A DNA stretch of 64,000 nt from Gemmatales bacterium (GCA_041640595.1 JBEPZY010000005.1:128001-192000); one strand, 5' to 3'. Shown: positions 20,925 through 30,886, numbered from the stretch's first letter. Made by a program: numbers and translations. The notes: generated by a model not told the origin, from the sequence alone.

Positions 20925-21275
20925 AGGCAAGTCCCCTCACGTTTGCACGAATTGGCCCCGATTACCCGCGAAATTGTCCAAGTCGCTGGACATAGCCTTT
21001 TCTCCCTGTAAAGGCGACTGTAAATATTGACGACACAGTCGCCGCATGCTTGCATCCAGAGCCGATTATCGCATTCACCAAAAGACACCAGTCGGGTCAT
21101 ACCTCGCCTTCGCCTTTTTGGTATTGCGTAGGTCTTATTAGAAGGTTTTGCTGCTTTTTGGCAACGGATAGTTTTGCATACAAGATAAATTCGACAGTAA
21201 GACTTGGTTGTGTCTATATCAACAAAAGCACAATGCATCTATTGCATCAGGCTGATGATAATTGCAAGCCCTTAA

Positions 21276-21722
21276 TTAGTTGAAATCATTTACTCGGCCA
21301 GCTAAACCACGATTGCAGTATGATGCTATGCGATTGTTGCCGTTATATGGCCGGCATTCGACAAAGTTGCCATTGCCGTTACCATCGCCAGAATGATCAT
21401 CGCCATCATCGCCATCGTCACCACCATCGTCATCGTCGTCACCATGCTCACCCCTCGTAACGAAGATATTTACCATAATCCCAACCTTGCCGAAAAGTAT
21501 GTGGTTGACTATGACAACGAAAACAAGCACAAAAGATAACAGCCAGAAAATATCCGTCGAACTGTAGCCAAACCAGCTTGTAAAAATGTAGAAAAGACCA
21601 AGAATAGCTAATGGTACAGTGAACAGAACTGCTAGACTGCCAAGTTGATTAACACGGTTGTTCTTCGCTGAATGTTTGATGATCCTAACAAGTGCATCAA
21701 CCGGGTTCTCGTGATTGCGCAT
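21276..21722 (-). CDS. Small AT-rich membrane protein with Asp/Gly-rich tail
   Basis: ATG 21722 with SD AAGGAGGT; two or three TM segments then GDDDDDGGDDGDDGDD. Confidence 0.6.
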   Translation of the reverse strand: MRNHENPVDALVRIIKHSAKNNRVNQLGSLAVLFTVPLAILGLFYIFTSWFGYSSTDIFWLLSFVLVFVVIVNHILFGKVGIMVNIFVTRGEHGDDDDDGGDDGDDGDDHSGDGNGNGNFVECRPYNGNNRIASYCNRGLAGRVNDFN

Positions 21723-22200
21723 TGCTTTTACCTCCTTCGACCGTGAAGCTTGTAGCCATTGCAGGTTGTTACCGCCTGTATGTGATTGTACCAGCTCATT
21801 TCGCATTATTTGTCCTATAAACGTTTCCAGTGGGCTTGGCCACATAATGTCTAGCGTGAAAAGACGCGTTTATAGGCCCTTTATCCAAATCTGAAAGCTA
21901 TTCGTATCACAGGGGCACGGCCTTTTTTCCATGCAGATGCGACCCAGTCCGTTTGCCCGTCCTGGGAGCTCTGCAATCCGCTATACACTTATAAATACGG
22001 AGCAGTCCGGCGTCTTGTGACAATTCTTCCGGTTTTTTGGCCTTACGGGGCCAACAACGCTTGGGGAAATTTTTGTTGCCAGGCAAGCGGGCAATCGGTA
22101 AGATAAGCGGCAGAGCGGACTACCACAAACCAGGGGTAGTCACAAAACGGGGTTGACCTGCGTATTACCCTTAGGGAAGCCCAGACCAGGAGGATTCACC

Positions 22201-23109
22201 ATGGGTTATTGCGTCTATCCCGCATTCCGAGGGTTTGGGGAGCTCTTCAGGGAGCACCGCGATTTAGCAGGAGTTATTGAGAAACTCATCGAACAGTTGC
22301 ATGAAGCAGACCCAAAGCAGTGCGGCGAACGGTTGCCCGGTCTTCAACCCATTGGTCGGGGTTGGTACAAAAAGCGGTACGGCAAGTACCGCTTAATCGC
22401 CAACCTTAGACGTGTTAGGGTTGACAACTTCCAGGTCCCTGTCGTGGTGTTCGTGGCCTTTCTGAATCGAGATGATTTTGCCCATGGTAATGGCACGGCC
22501 GACGAATTTGAATCACGTTACGCCCAGCGTTTGGAAGGGCATGGTAACGACATCCATCAGGCGGCCAGGGAATGGTTGCAACAGCAGCAGGACGCAGCCG
22601 CCTGGCAGCCACCGCCAAAACCACCGGACGATCTGCTTCCGGTGCTTGACCCAGTGCGACCCCGTGGTCAGGTAGATGCTTTCTTTTTGCATGCAGATTT
22701 CTGCCGGGCGTACGAACGCCTGACCTTGGACACCGAAAAGGCAAGCGTTTACAGGGCTATGGTAGAAATCGAAAACAGGGAACATTGGGAACCGTATGAC
22801 CAGCTGTTGGACCTCCAAGACGGCAGGGTCGTTGTTTCCTACGTGAGACTGCAGGAACCGCGAGCTGGGTTCAAGCATGTCCTCGTGCTCGGACTGGTTT
22901 CGGAGACCTGGGACCTAGCAACCCGCCAGAACGAGAGCCAAAGAATCTCAGAAATTTGGCAGGCGGTGCAACAACGAATCTTGGCTCTACCCCCGGACAC
23001 TCCTGCAGACCACTACCATGATGCGATATGTCAATTTGCCGAGCGAGCCTTTCCCGCCTACATACTCGCCGACGAGCAACTCTGGCAAAACCTCTGGAGG
23101 AGAACCTGA
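22201..23109 (+). CDS. Hypothetical protein with N-terminal RelE/ParE-like segment; possibly the N-terminal part of the downstream helicase
   Basis: SD AGGAGG before ATG 22201; IEKLIEQL...GWYKKRYGKYRLIA resembles RelE-fold beta strands. Confidence 0.65.
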   Translation: MGYCVYPAFRGFGELFREHRDLAGVIEKLIEQLHEADPKQCGERLPGLQPIGRGWYKKRYGKYRLIANLRRVRVDNFQVPVVVFVAFLNRDDFAHGNGTADEFESRYAQRLEGHGNDIHQAAREWLQQQQDAAAWQPPPKPPDDLLPVLDPVRPRGQVDAFFLHADFCRAYERLTLDTEKASVYRAMVEIENREHWEPYDQLLDLQDGRVVVSYVRLQEPRAGFKHVLVLGLVSETWDLATRQNESQRISEIWQAVQQRILALPPDTPADHYHDAICQFAERAFPAYILADEQLWQNLWRRT

Positions 23110-23111
23110 AC

Positions 23112-26100
23112 ATGGGTGACATGCGCGAGGTCTTTTTGCCGCTCACTACTGAAGAAATTAGCATCCTGCAGTCGCTGCTGGCAGGGGAGAAGCTCCCAGC
23201 TGTAATCGAGGGACGTGCTGGCAGCGGCAAAACTACGCTGCTTATTTATTACACGGCCGAACGCCTTAGCCATCCACTTCCAGCCGGTGCGCGGGTTCTG
23301 TATCTAACACAGAACAAAAGCTTGCTGGAAAAGGCTGAACCACTTATTGAGCAAATTGTGGATCTGCTTATTCAAGATAGAGGAGGGAACGCCGATAGAA
23401 TCAAGGGCGAATATCGGACCTATCACGACTTCGCTCTCAGTCAATTGCCTGACGAGCGTAAAGAACGATTCCGGCGTCGCAGCCGGCAACGTGAAGGTGG
23501 ATGGATCGATTTCGATCGCTTCGTCAGCTTGTTGCGGGGGCAGGATAACCAGCAACAAGATAGGTGTCCATCTCCTTTTGCCCGAAATCGAGAATGTAAT
23601 CCGGAAGCTGTTTGGTTTATTCTGCGGAGCTACATTAAGGGGTATAAAATCACCGACCGAGGCGAAGACCGCTGGATTAGCTTTGATGAATACAGAGATA
23701 GCGAAGAAATTCCGGCAAAGGATCGCCAGGTTTCGGCCGATCTTTATGAGAAGGTTTGGAAACACATTTGGCCGTGGTATAAGAAGCTGACCGTTCCGTG
23801 CGAAGAGAACGGCTACGAACCGCGTTATTGGGACGATCTCGACCTGGCCTGGGAAGTGCTAGAACATCGCAGCAGCGACGCCCCCACTTACGCCATTCTG
23901 ATTTGCGACGAAGTGCAGGATTTGACGCGGGTGGAGCTAGCGGCTCTGCTCGGTAGCCTCCAGTGGGCGCGTTATGACCTGCGTGATCTGGCGCCAAACC
24001 GGGGCTGGGGCCAGCGTGAACTGCGCTTACCGATCATTCTGGCGGGGGACGCACACCAGACAATCAACCCGGCTGTATTCCGCTGGGAGCGCGTGAGTGC
24101 GGATTTGGCAAAAGCGTTGGTCGCACACCTACCGACGCTCCCCGAACCAAGGGTTGAACGGTTGCAGCTTCAGTACAATTATCGTAATGCCCGCAGCATT
24201 GGCCAGCTTTGTAATGCCTTACAACACCTCCGTCAACGAACCTTGGGACAACAAAGCCGGCTGCAATTGCTCTGGAAGTTGCCCGACACGCAGCCTAATC
24301 AGCGAGTCCGCCAGCTGATCATTGCGCCAAGGCAGCTGGAAGAATTGTTGAAAACAGGCGTGCTTATCGTCGTGCCCGAAGATGATGATCCTAATCTGGA
24401 ACACACGCGACCGTTCTGGGAAGCACTGGGTTTTCCACGTCCACCCGAAAATGTCAACAATGAGCCGGGAGAGTTGAAAAATAAACCACGCCGACCGGCA
24501 GACATCAAAGGCCTCGAACTGGACTGTGTCGCGGTGGTTGGGTTTGGCGTCCTCTGGCATCTGTGGTTACAACAACCGCAGTACCGGCAACTGGCCGAGT
24601 TCTGGAACTGGCAGAATGCTGCAGACAATGGAGAAATCTCTGAAGACCTGCGTTTTCTTGTGGAATATTTCCTGAATCGGCTTTACGTGGCTGTCAGTCG
24701 GGCACGCGAGGAACTGTGGATTATTGAGACCGAGCAAGGCTGGAATGCCTTTTGGTCCAGGCTTGAAGACTGGGTTGATGAGCAGTGGGGACAACAAGTA
24801 GCAAACGCAGGGACGGGCGCAGCTGGGGAAGCGGGAATCGGACCTGCGGATGACGAGCAGCTGCGGCAGTGGGCAATAACTCGATCGGCTGACCCTCCGA
24901 CTGACGTGGTGGATCGCCCATACGCTTTCGTATATAGCAAGGGGGATTTGCGCCAACTGAGCACAGTTTTCGAGGGGAATCAGGAGAATTTGCGGCGACT
25001 TGCGGAGGACTTTGAGAGGGCTGCGCACGATGGGCGGAATCCGAATCTCGCGGAGTCGGCGGCATATTATTACTCGCTCGCCGGCGATACAGTCAACCAG
25101 CACAAGATGCTGGCATACTGCTTGTATTACGATGGAGAAGTTCTGCAAGCGGCCCGCAGGATGATCGGCATCGTGGATGATCGTTGTCGTCAGTTGGGTT
25201 CCGATTGGTACTGGGAGGCGGCGGGAGAGGATAATCAAACAGAGCTAGCCTGGCGTGAAATAAGCGAGGATGAGCGCATTGCTCCTTCCTGGCGCCGTGA
25301 AATTGCCGAGTGCATGGTCGCATTGATGCTGGAGCGGACTGTTGACGCGACCTTCGTCGCTCTGCTGGCTGAGCTTCTCCAGCGTCGCACTCCACAACGC
25401 AATGAACTGAAGCCAGAACACTGGACCACGTGGGAAAAGGTCTATATCCAGTTGGTACAGTCAGCAAACCATCTGTCCCCGGACTCTTTCGCGGTTCAAC
25501 AACAGGCTTATGATGTGGCACTAAGATGGACACCGACGAGCCGGCGGACTTTGCACGAGTACTTCTATCAACTCGGCAGGCTCGCATTCACGCTCGCACA
25601 GCGCTGTGATGCCATCGGTATGGGAAGGTCGTATTACAGCGAAGCTGCCGAGCATTGGCAAAAGGCTGGGCGAACGCGCGAGCGCGATTACCATATTGCC
25701 AAGGCCGAAAGTACCGAATATCCCCAGTGCTTGCAATACTGGGAAACTGCTGGGGATTACGAGCGCATTTTGAAAGAGTATCGCGACCATTCGGGCGTTT
25801 CTCTTGCTCGCGACAACGCCCAGCGGGTGGCTCGAGCGCTACGGGAAATCTCGAAGCCGAAAATCGAGCAGGCTATGCGGGGAGCTATCCAGGCTGGCCA
25901 GAACCTTCAGGAGTCATTGAGCTACGTAATCCGCGAGGCCCATCGCGAACTCCGCGGGCTGTATGATGATAAAAACCTTGACTTGCCCAGGTTTCAAAGA
26001 GATTGGACTCACTGGATACTAGATTTGCTTATTAGCTCTGAGAGCGAATTGGCCCGCTTGGTTTCCGAGCTAGCGCGTGAAAGCACTTTTGGCCAGATCA

Positions 26101-27299
26101 TCCGCGGCTTGGTAGTGGAAGCGTTTGCACTGGATTCTGAGCCAGAGGCACTGCGCGATGGTTTTCGTGAAAGCTGGCAGACCCGAGTGTCTCCGAATAC
26201 CAATTGGCCGAGGTTCCGAAACTACTTGCAGCAAATCATTCACGCTGTCCATGAAGGGACCAACCAACGTGCCAGCACCCGGGATGGTAACGCGCGACGA
26301 CAGGTCGCGCGATTATGCAGGCTTGTTTTAGGCGTTTTGTGGCGGTTCGACGAAAGATTGGAGGGAAGGGAACGTGACGATTTTCCGCCGGGCCTGCAAA
26401 GTCGTTTGGTGGAATACGTTTACGTTACCTTGCCCCAAACTGAGGTTCAAAGCACCGTCAATTATCTGGAGCAAATTAGTCCGGAGATGCGAACCATTGT
26501 GCAGGAAGCAATCGCTTGCATTGCCGATTTGCCCCAAGATTGGATCCCGGGTGCCGATGGCCAAAGGGATCAGCAACCTTGGAGGTCTCTAATGGAATGG
26601 ACAAATGCGCTCGCCTACGATCTGTACGAAAATCTGCGGCTTACCTTGGAGAGGGCACGAAGCGAAGCGGATGTTGCGCCTTACGAGTGGTGGATGTTGG
26701 TGGGCAGGTTCATCGAGCAGGCACCGTTTCGCCGACGGGCCCGAGACTTTTACCGCGATTTACTCAACTTATCGGAGCGGTTTGGTTGGTCTCCGGAACG
26801 CCAAGGTGAAATTCGCCAGAGGCTACAAGCATACGACGAGAGGTATAATCGCTGGAAGGAAGAGCGGCGCATCCGTGAGGAAGACGAGCGAGAAGAGGCG
26901 CGAGGACAACGCGAAGGAATAACGGTCACCGAGGGAATAACGGTCATCGATGTGAAACCTGATGGTAAGACAAAGGGTCATGGTTTTCTTGAAGTGAAAA
27001 GCATGGACAACAGGGCAGAAGCGCTTATCAAGTTTATGCCCGACGAGTATCAGGTGCGTTTTCGTCCGCCAATACAAGCAGGCGGCCAGCCGTTTATGCG
27101 TGCTGACCCAGAGCAGGTTCAGGTCGTTGGGCCTGAGGTGATTGCCGGAAACTTGCGATGGCGACTGCGTGCCAATATCGGCGATGGTGAACGATCAGCT
27201 GAGCTTGAATGGGTAGAAAGCGGGCGGCTTCTTTACGTCCGCAGTAGCGGAGTCGAGTTTCGCGTCTCCTTCGCCGCTGCTGAGACTCCTGCGGGCTAG
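23112..27299 (+). CDS. Large UvrD/Rep-like superfamily 1 helicase with TPR-like helical C-terminal region
   Basis: Walker A GRAGSGKTT, Walker B ICDEVQD, motif III LAGDAHQTI, IV YNYRN, V IKGLE, VI LYVAVSRAR; ATG 23112 two nt after upstream stop (frame open from 23028). Confidence 0.88.
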   Translation: MGDMREVFLPLTTEEISILQSLLAGEKLPAVIEGRAGSGKTTLLIYYTAERLSHPLPAGARVLYLTQNKSLLEKAEPLIEQIVDLLIQDRGGNADRIKGEYRTYHDFALSQLPDERKERFRRRSRQREGGWIDFDRFVSLLRGQDNQQQDRCPSPFARNRECNPEAVWFILRSYIKGYKITDRGEDRWISFDEYRDSEEIPAKDRQVSADLYEKVWKHIWPWYKKLTVPCEENGYEPRYWDDLDLAWEVLEHRSSDAPTYAILICDEVQDLTRVELAALLGSLQWARYDLRDLAPNRGWGQRELRLPIILAGDAHQTINPAVFRWERVSADLAKALVAHLPTLPEPRVERLQLQYNYRNARSIGQLCNALQHLRQRTLGQQSRLQLLWKLPDTQPNQRVRQLIIAPRQLEELLKTGVLIVVPEDDDPNLEHTRPFWEALGFPRPPENVNNEPGELKNKPRRPADIKGLELDCVAVVGFGVLWHLWLQQPQYRQLAEFWNWQNAADNGEISEDLRFLVEYFLNRLYVAVSRAREELWIIETEQGWNAFWSRLEDWVDEQWGQQVANAGTGAAGEAGIGPADDEQLRQWAITRSADPPTDVVDRPYAFVYSKGDLRQLSTVFEGNQENLRRLAEDFERAAHDGRNPNLAESAAYYYSLAGDTVNQHKMLAYCLYYDGEVLQAARRMIGIVDDRCRQLGSDWYWEAAGEDNQTELAWREISEDERIAPSWRREIAECMVALMLERTVDATFVALLAELLQRRTPQRNELKPEHWTTWEKVYIQLVQSANHLSPDSFAVQQQAYDVALRWTPTSRRTLHEYFYQLGRLAFTLAQRCDAIGMGRSYYSEAAEHWQKAGRTRERDYHIAKAESTEYPQCLQYWETAGDYERILKEYRDHSGVSLARDNAQRVARALREISKPKIEQAMRGAIQAGQNLQESLSYVIREAHRELRGLYDDKNLDLPRFQRDWTHWILDLLISSESELARLVSELARESTFGQIIRGLVVEAFALDSEPEALRDGFRESWQTRVSPNTNWPRFRNYLQQIIHAVHEGTNQRASTRDGNARRQVARLCRLVLGVLWRFDERLEGRERDDFPPGLQSRLVEYVYVTLPQTEVQSTVNYLEQISPEMRTIVQEAIACIADLPQDWIPGADGQRDQQPWRSLMEWTNALAYDLYENLRLTLERARSEADVAPYEWWMLVGRFIEQAPFRRRARDFYRDLLNLSERFGWSPERQGEIRQRLQAYDERYNRWKEERRIREEDEREEARGQREGITVTEGITVIDVKPDGKTKGHGFLEVKSMDNRAEALIKFMPDEYQVRFRPPIQAGGQPFMRADPEQVQVVGPEVIAGNLRWRLRANIGDGERSAELEWVESGRLLYVRSSGVEFRVSFAAAETPAG

Positions 27300-27309
27300 G
27301 CCGACTCAG

Positions 27310-27563
27310 TATCGCGGAGCCAGTAAAAAGAAACCGAAACCGGTGCTTAAACGAGAATATTGCCAAGTTTGCATCATTGGGCATCGCGGAGCTTGGCAGA
27401 GAGGAAACCGAAACCAGGGCTTGAACGAGAGCATTGCGAGGTTCACATCATTAGGCATCGCGGAGCTAGCAGAGAGGAAATCGAAACCAGGACTTGAACG
27501 AGAGTATTGTGAGGTTCACATCGTTGGGTATGACGGAGCTAGCAGAAAGGAGAGCGAAATCAG
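27310..27563. repeat. Tandem repeat array A, ~73-bp unit, ~3.5 copies
   Basis: ATCGCGGAGC anchor at 27311, 27383, 27457, 27530 (variant); unit contains AGAGAGGAAACCGAAACCAGGGCTTGAACGAGAG. Confidence 0.9.
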
Positions 27564-27783
27564 GTCGCTGTATCAGGCGGGCTAACAGCCATAGGCAACG
27601 CACTGTTTGATGCAAAGTGGCTGTTTGGCCGAGGTGGGCTGACGAAGTGAGGCATTGCATAAACTCCCCAATAAAAACAGACAAGTGCTTGAAATATCTG
27701 GTGGGAAGTGCGCTGATAACGGGAGGCGTTTGGCAGCTGGGGTAGCTCGTGGGGGGGCTTGCTTTACTGCTGCATGACGAAAG

Positions 27784-28340
27784 CAACGATCGCCGAGGAT
27801 GACCATTATCCGCCACTTCCGCCAATAGAGAGGGGGAACCCACGCGAGGTCTGCGAACAAGAGACCGCCGAGGGCGGCCATTATCCGCCACTCTCGCCGT
27901 TAGAGAGGGGGGAACCCACGCGGGGTTTGCGAACAAGAGGCTGGCGAGGGCGGCCATTATCCGCCACTCTCGCCGTTAGAGAGAGGGGACTCAGGCGGGG
28001 TTTACGAACAAGAGATCGCCGAGGGCGACCATTATCCGCCACTGCCGCCAGTGGAGACGGGAACTCACGCGGGGTTTACGAACAAGAGATCGCCGAGGGC
28101 GACTATTATCCGCCACTTGCACCAGCGGAAAGGGGGGCCCACGCGGGGTCTGCGAACAAGAGGCTGCCGAGGATGACCATTATCCGCCATCCGCGGCAGT
28201 GGAGAGTGGAAAACCACGGAGGGTTCCCGAGGAAAAAGCTGGCGAGGGGGACTATTATCCGCGACTCGCGCCACTGGGAAGAGGGAACCCACGCAGCGTT
28301 CCCCAGGGAAAGGCTGGCGAGGGTGAGCATGTCCGGCACT
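27784..28340. repeat. Tandem repeat array B, 74-76-bp unit, ~8 copies
   Basis: (C/T)ATTATCCGC anchor at 27804, 27879, 27955, 28030, 28104, 28178, 28253 and degenerate 28328. Confidence 0.93.
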
Positions 28341-28786
28341 CCCTCAAGTGGGTCTTCCGCGGCGTGGCTTCCTGAAGGTTTCCACAGATCGGCTTGAATG
28401 CGGCGACGGGGTGATTCCTTACAGTGAGATAGACGAGGCGATCTTGTTTCGGACGCGGCAGTGGTTCATCCCGTGGTACGTGCTGTACGTCAGGTCGCGC
28501 GGACGCCACTATTAATTCGGCCTGAACTCCGGAAAGTTCTGGGCAGGAGAACTACCTTTCCCCGTGCGGTGGGAGACGGCAAAACTGGGCTATTCGTGGT
28601 TTCGTATCGCCCTTCGAGTAGCAGCGGTTGCTGCCTTGCTGTACCTCTTGTGGAGTCGGTGCAGTTAGAACAAAATCCCGAACCAGACGCTACAGCCGAA
28701 GGCGAGGCGTGGTGCCGCGGTGGGGAGCGCGGGGGTGAAATCTTGGTGCGGAAGACGGTGGAGGGGCGGTGGGGGAGGGGGAAGGT

Positions 28787-29536
28787 TCATCGGCTAGGTT
28801 CGTCGGCGAGGCGGACCATGCCGAAACCCTGGGCGTTGCGTTCACCGAAACCGGCATCGTAGCCGACCTGGATCAGTTCGGTCGAACCGCTAACGCGAAA
28901 CTTCATCATCCAGCCACGCACGTGGGTACCGTTGACCGTAAATAACTTCGATTGAGGTGGGCTGAGCCATTCGAACTGAAGTTCGCCGTCGAGGGCAGTG
29001 CCACGGAGAGCAACTGACTTGCGTTTCAAGTTCTCGACCAGGATGCGGCTGAAATCCGGCTGGTGCGGAGCGAGAAACTCTTTACGAAACTTGCCAGAAT
29101 CGTCGCGCTGACCCGTTGAGACCACCAGGGGAGACAGGGTTACCAGCGTCATCGTCGGTTGAAACGCAGGTGGCACAACCACGCCGATTTGTCCCACCTG
29201 CAACAAACATTTGCCCAGGCGTACTTCCGGACGAGTGAAGAAACCCAGGGCGATAGCTTCGATAACCGGTTCCAGCGGCGAGGCAATCCACCAGCGCAGT
29301 CGCCCACGCACACGCATACCGTGCTTCATTTTCCGATACTTGTCGGGATACAGCAGCGAAAAGGTCGCCAACTTGTAGTGTTTGCTGGCAGTGCCGAATC
29401 CCTGTTCGTGAACCTGCTGGGCCAGTTTCGGTCGGCCGAGAGCCATCGTCTGATAAAACAGGCCTCGCAAATGATCGAGATAGTCCCACGGCAGCTCTAC
29501 TTCGTCGTGAGTTAAAAATTCGACGCTGATGCGCAT
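28787..29536 (-). CDS. cas6: CRISPR-associated endoribonuclease Cas6 (orphan in this window)
   Basis: VHEQGF...YKLATFS, TLSPLVV, LVENLKRK, C-terminal G-rich loop GYDAGFGERNAQGFGMV. Confidence 0.93.
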   Translation of the reverse strand: MRISVEFLTHDEVELPWDYLDHLRGLFYQTMALGRPKLAQQVHEQGFGTASKHYKLATFSLLYPDKYRKMKHGMRVRGRLRWWIASPLEPVIEAIALGFFTRPEVRLGKCLLQVGQIGVVVPPAFQPTMTLVTLSPLVVSTGQRDDSGKFRKEFLAPHQPDFSRILVENLKRKSVALRGTALDGELQFEWLSPPQSKLFTVNGTHVRGWMMKFRVSGSTELIQVGYDAGFGERNAQGFGMVRLADEPSR

Positions 29537-29824
29537 TGGGCGGCTTCCTGATACCAGCAGGCTTCGTGGCTGGCGGAATCCATGTTCGTGCTGCGCGCAA
29601 AAACCGCGACAGCAGTCAGGCTGTCAGCATATCATAATGCTAATCTCGCCAGCGTCTGGTATCGCGCGAAGCGAGTGACCCTGCGATCGGCGTGACGTTT
29701 TCCGTATCGCCCGGCAGTGCGACAAGCGCTGGGGTGGTGCGAAACGGTAATATCGGCCAGCTTCAGCTTCCCGCACGGTCGCCGACGGGCAGAGAACAAA
29801 TGGCGTCGCTGAGGTGGGTAAATC

Positions 29825-29910
29825 CCTTACAATAAGCAACTGCCTTCGCGGGGCAGATGAAGAGTCTGAGCCGCTGGAACGCTCACCAGTGCCTTACAAT
29901 AAGCAACTGC
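29825..29910. repeat. 19-bp direct repeat in the divergent cas6/DUF1080 intergenic region
   Basis: CCTTACAATAAGCAACTGC at 29825 and 29892 (period 67); each copy contains a TACAAT -10-like hexamer. Confidence 0.85.
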
Positions 29911-29970
29911 GTTCACGCCGTTCCTCTGCGACCGCGTCAGGAACGGTAAGCAGAACTTCCTGAATGGAGA

Positions 29971-30759
29971 ATGCCAATGTCTTGCAAACGCTGCCAGCCT
30001 GTGCGTGCGACGGGGCCAGAACTGTGTGGGAGCCGGGCGGGGCTAAGCCTGGCGAGCATAGTATTGCTAGTGCTGGCCGTTCCAGCTTTCAGCGAACCGA
30101 ACCAGGGTTTTCGTGATCTGTTCAATGGCAAAGACCTGGACGGATGGGTGATTGAAGGGGCAACGAAACTGGCTGACGGCACGCCGGTGTGGCAGGTGTC
30201 GGACGGGAAAATCATCTGCACGGCCGGCAATCAGGGCTATGGTTTTCTGCGGTACGCCCGGCAGGAGTTTGGCGATTTCACGTTGCGTGTGGAATATCGG
30301 TTTCTGCCGCCCGACGGAAAACGTCCGCGTGGCAATAGCGGCATTGGGATTCGCACCGTGCCATACGATCCCAAACGGTCGCTCCTGACACGCCCTTCTT
30401 ACGCCGCCTATGAAATTCAATTACTGGACGACGCGGGTCGTCCTCCAAGCAAACACGGCACCGGCTCCCTGTACCGTTACGTAGCCCCGCGGAGTAATCC
30501 TGCTAAACCGGCTCCGGAATGGAACATTCTGGAAGTGACCTGTCGCGGGCCGAATATCACCATCGCGCTCAACGGTCAGGTTATCGTTGAGGCCGACCAG
30601 CGTGAGGTTCCCGATACGACGGATAAACCGCGTGGTGCGCCGGCTCCCAAAGACAAACCTTTGCGGGGATACATCTGCTTGCAAAGCCATACCGGCACGG
30701 TTGAGTTTCGACGGGTTCAGATACGCGAAATCCCAGCCAAGCCAGCCGATGGCCAATAG
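29971..30759 (+). CDS. DUF1080 (3-keto-disaccharide hydrolase-like) secreted protein
   Basis: LFNGKDLDGW, FGDFTLRVEYR, GNSGI, YEIQLLD, EWN, GYICLQSH, VEFRRVQIRE. Confidence 0.92.
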   Translation: MPMSCKRCQPVRATGPELCGSRAGLSLASIVLLVLAVPAFSEPNQGFRDLFNGKDLDGWVIEGATKLADGTPVWQVSDGKIICTAGNQGYGFLRYARQEFGDFTLRVEYRFLPPDGKRPRGNSGIGIRTVPYDPKRSLLTRPSYAAYEIQLLDDAGRPPSKHGTGSLYRYVAPRSNPAKPAPEWNILEVTCRGPNITIALNGQVIVEADQREVPDTTDKPRGAPAPKDKPLRGYICLQSHTGTVEFRRVQIREIPAKPADGQ

Positions 30760-30886
30760 AATGTTCGGACGCTGTGCGGACAAGTGACGCCCGAATCAGT
30801 CAATCCCCGAGCGGTGCCCGACATCGCGGTCGCGGATTGGCTGAGCAGGCTGATGGAAAAATCTCGAATCTGCCGAGGTAATTGCT

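Noticed and set aside
27310..28340. Arrays A/B as a canonical CRISPR array
   Set aside because: Whole units are homologous; there are no unique spacers.
27759..28397. 212-aa ORF with repeated HYPPL motifs
   Set aside because: It is a translation of array B; unit lengths of 74-76 bp shift the frame between copies, so it is unlikely to be coding.
16480..29536. Prophage or complete integrative element
   Set aside because: No integrase, transposase, phage structural or conjugation genes, and no distal att copy found.
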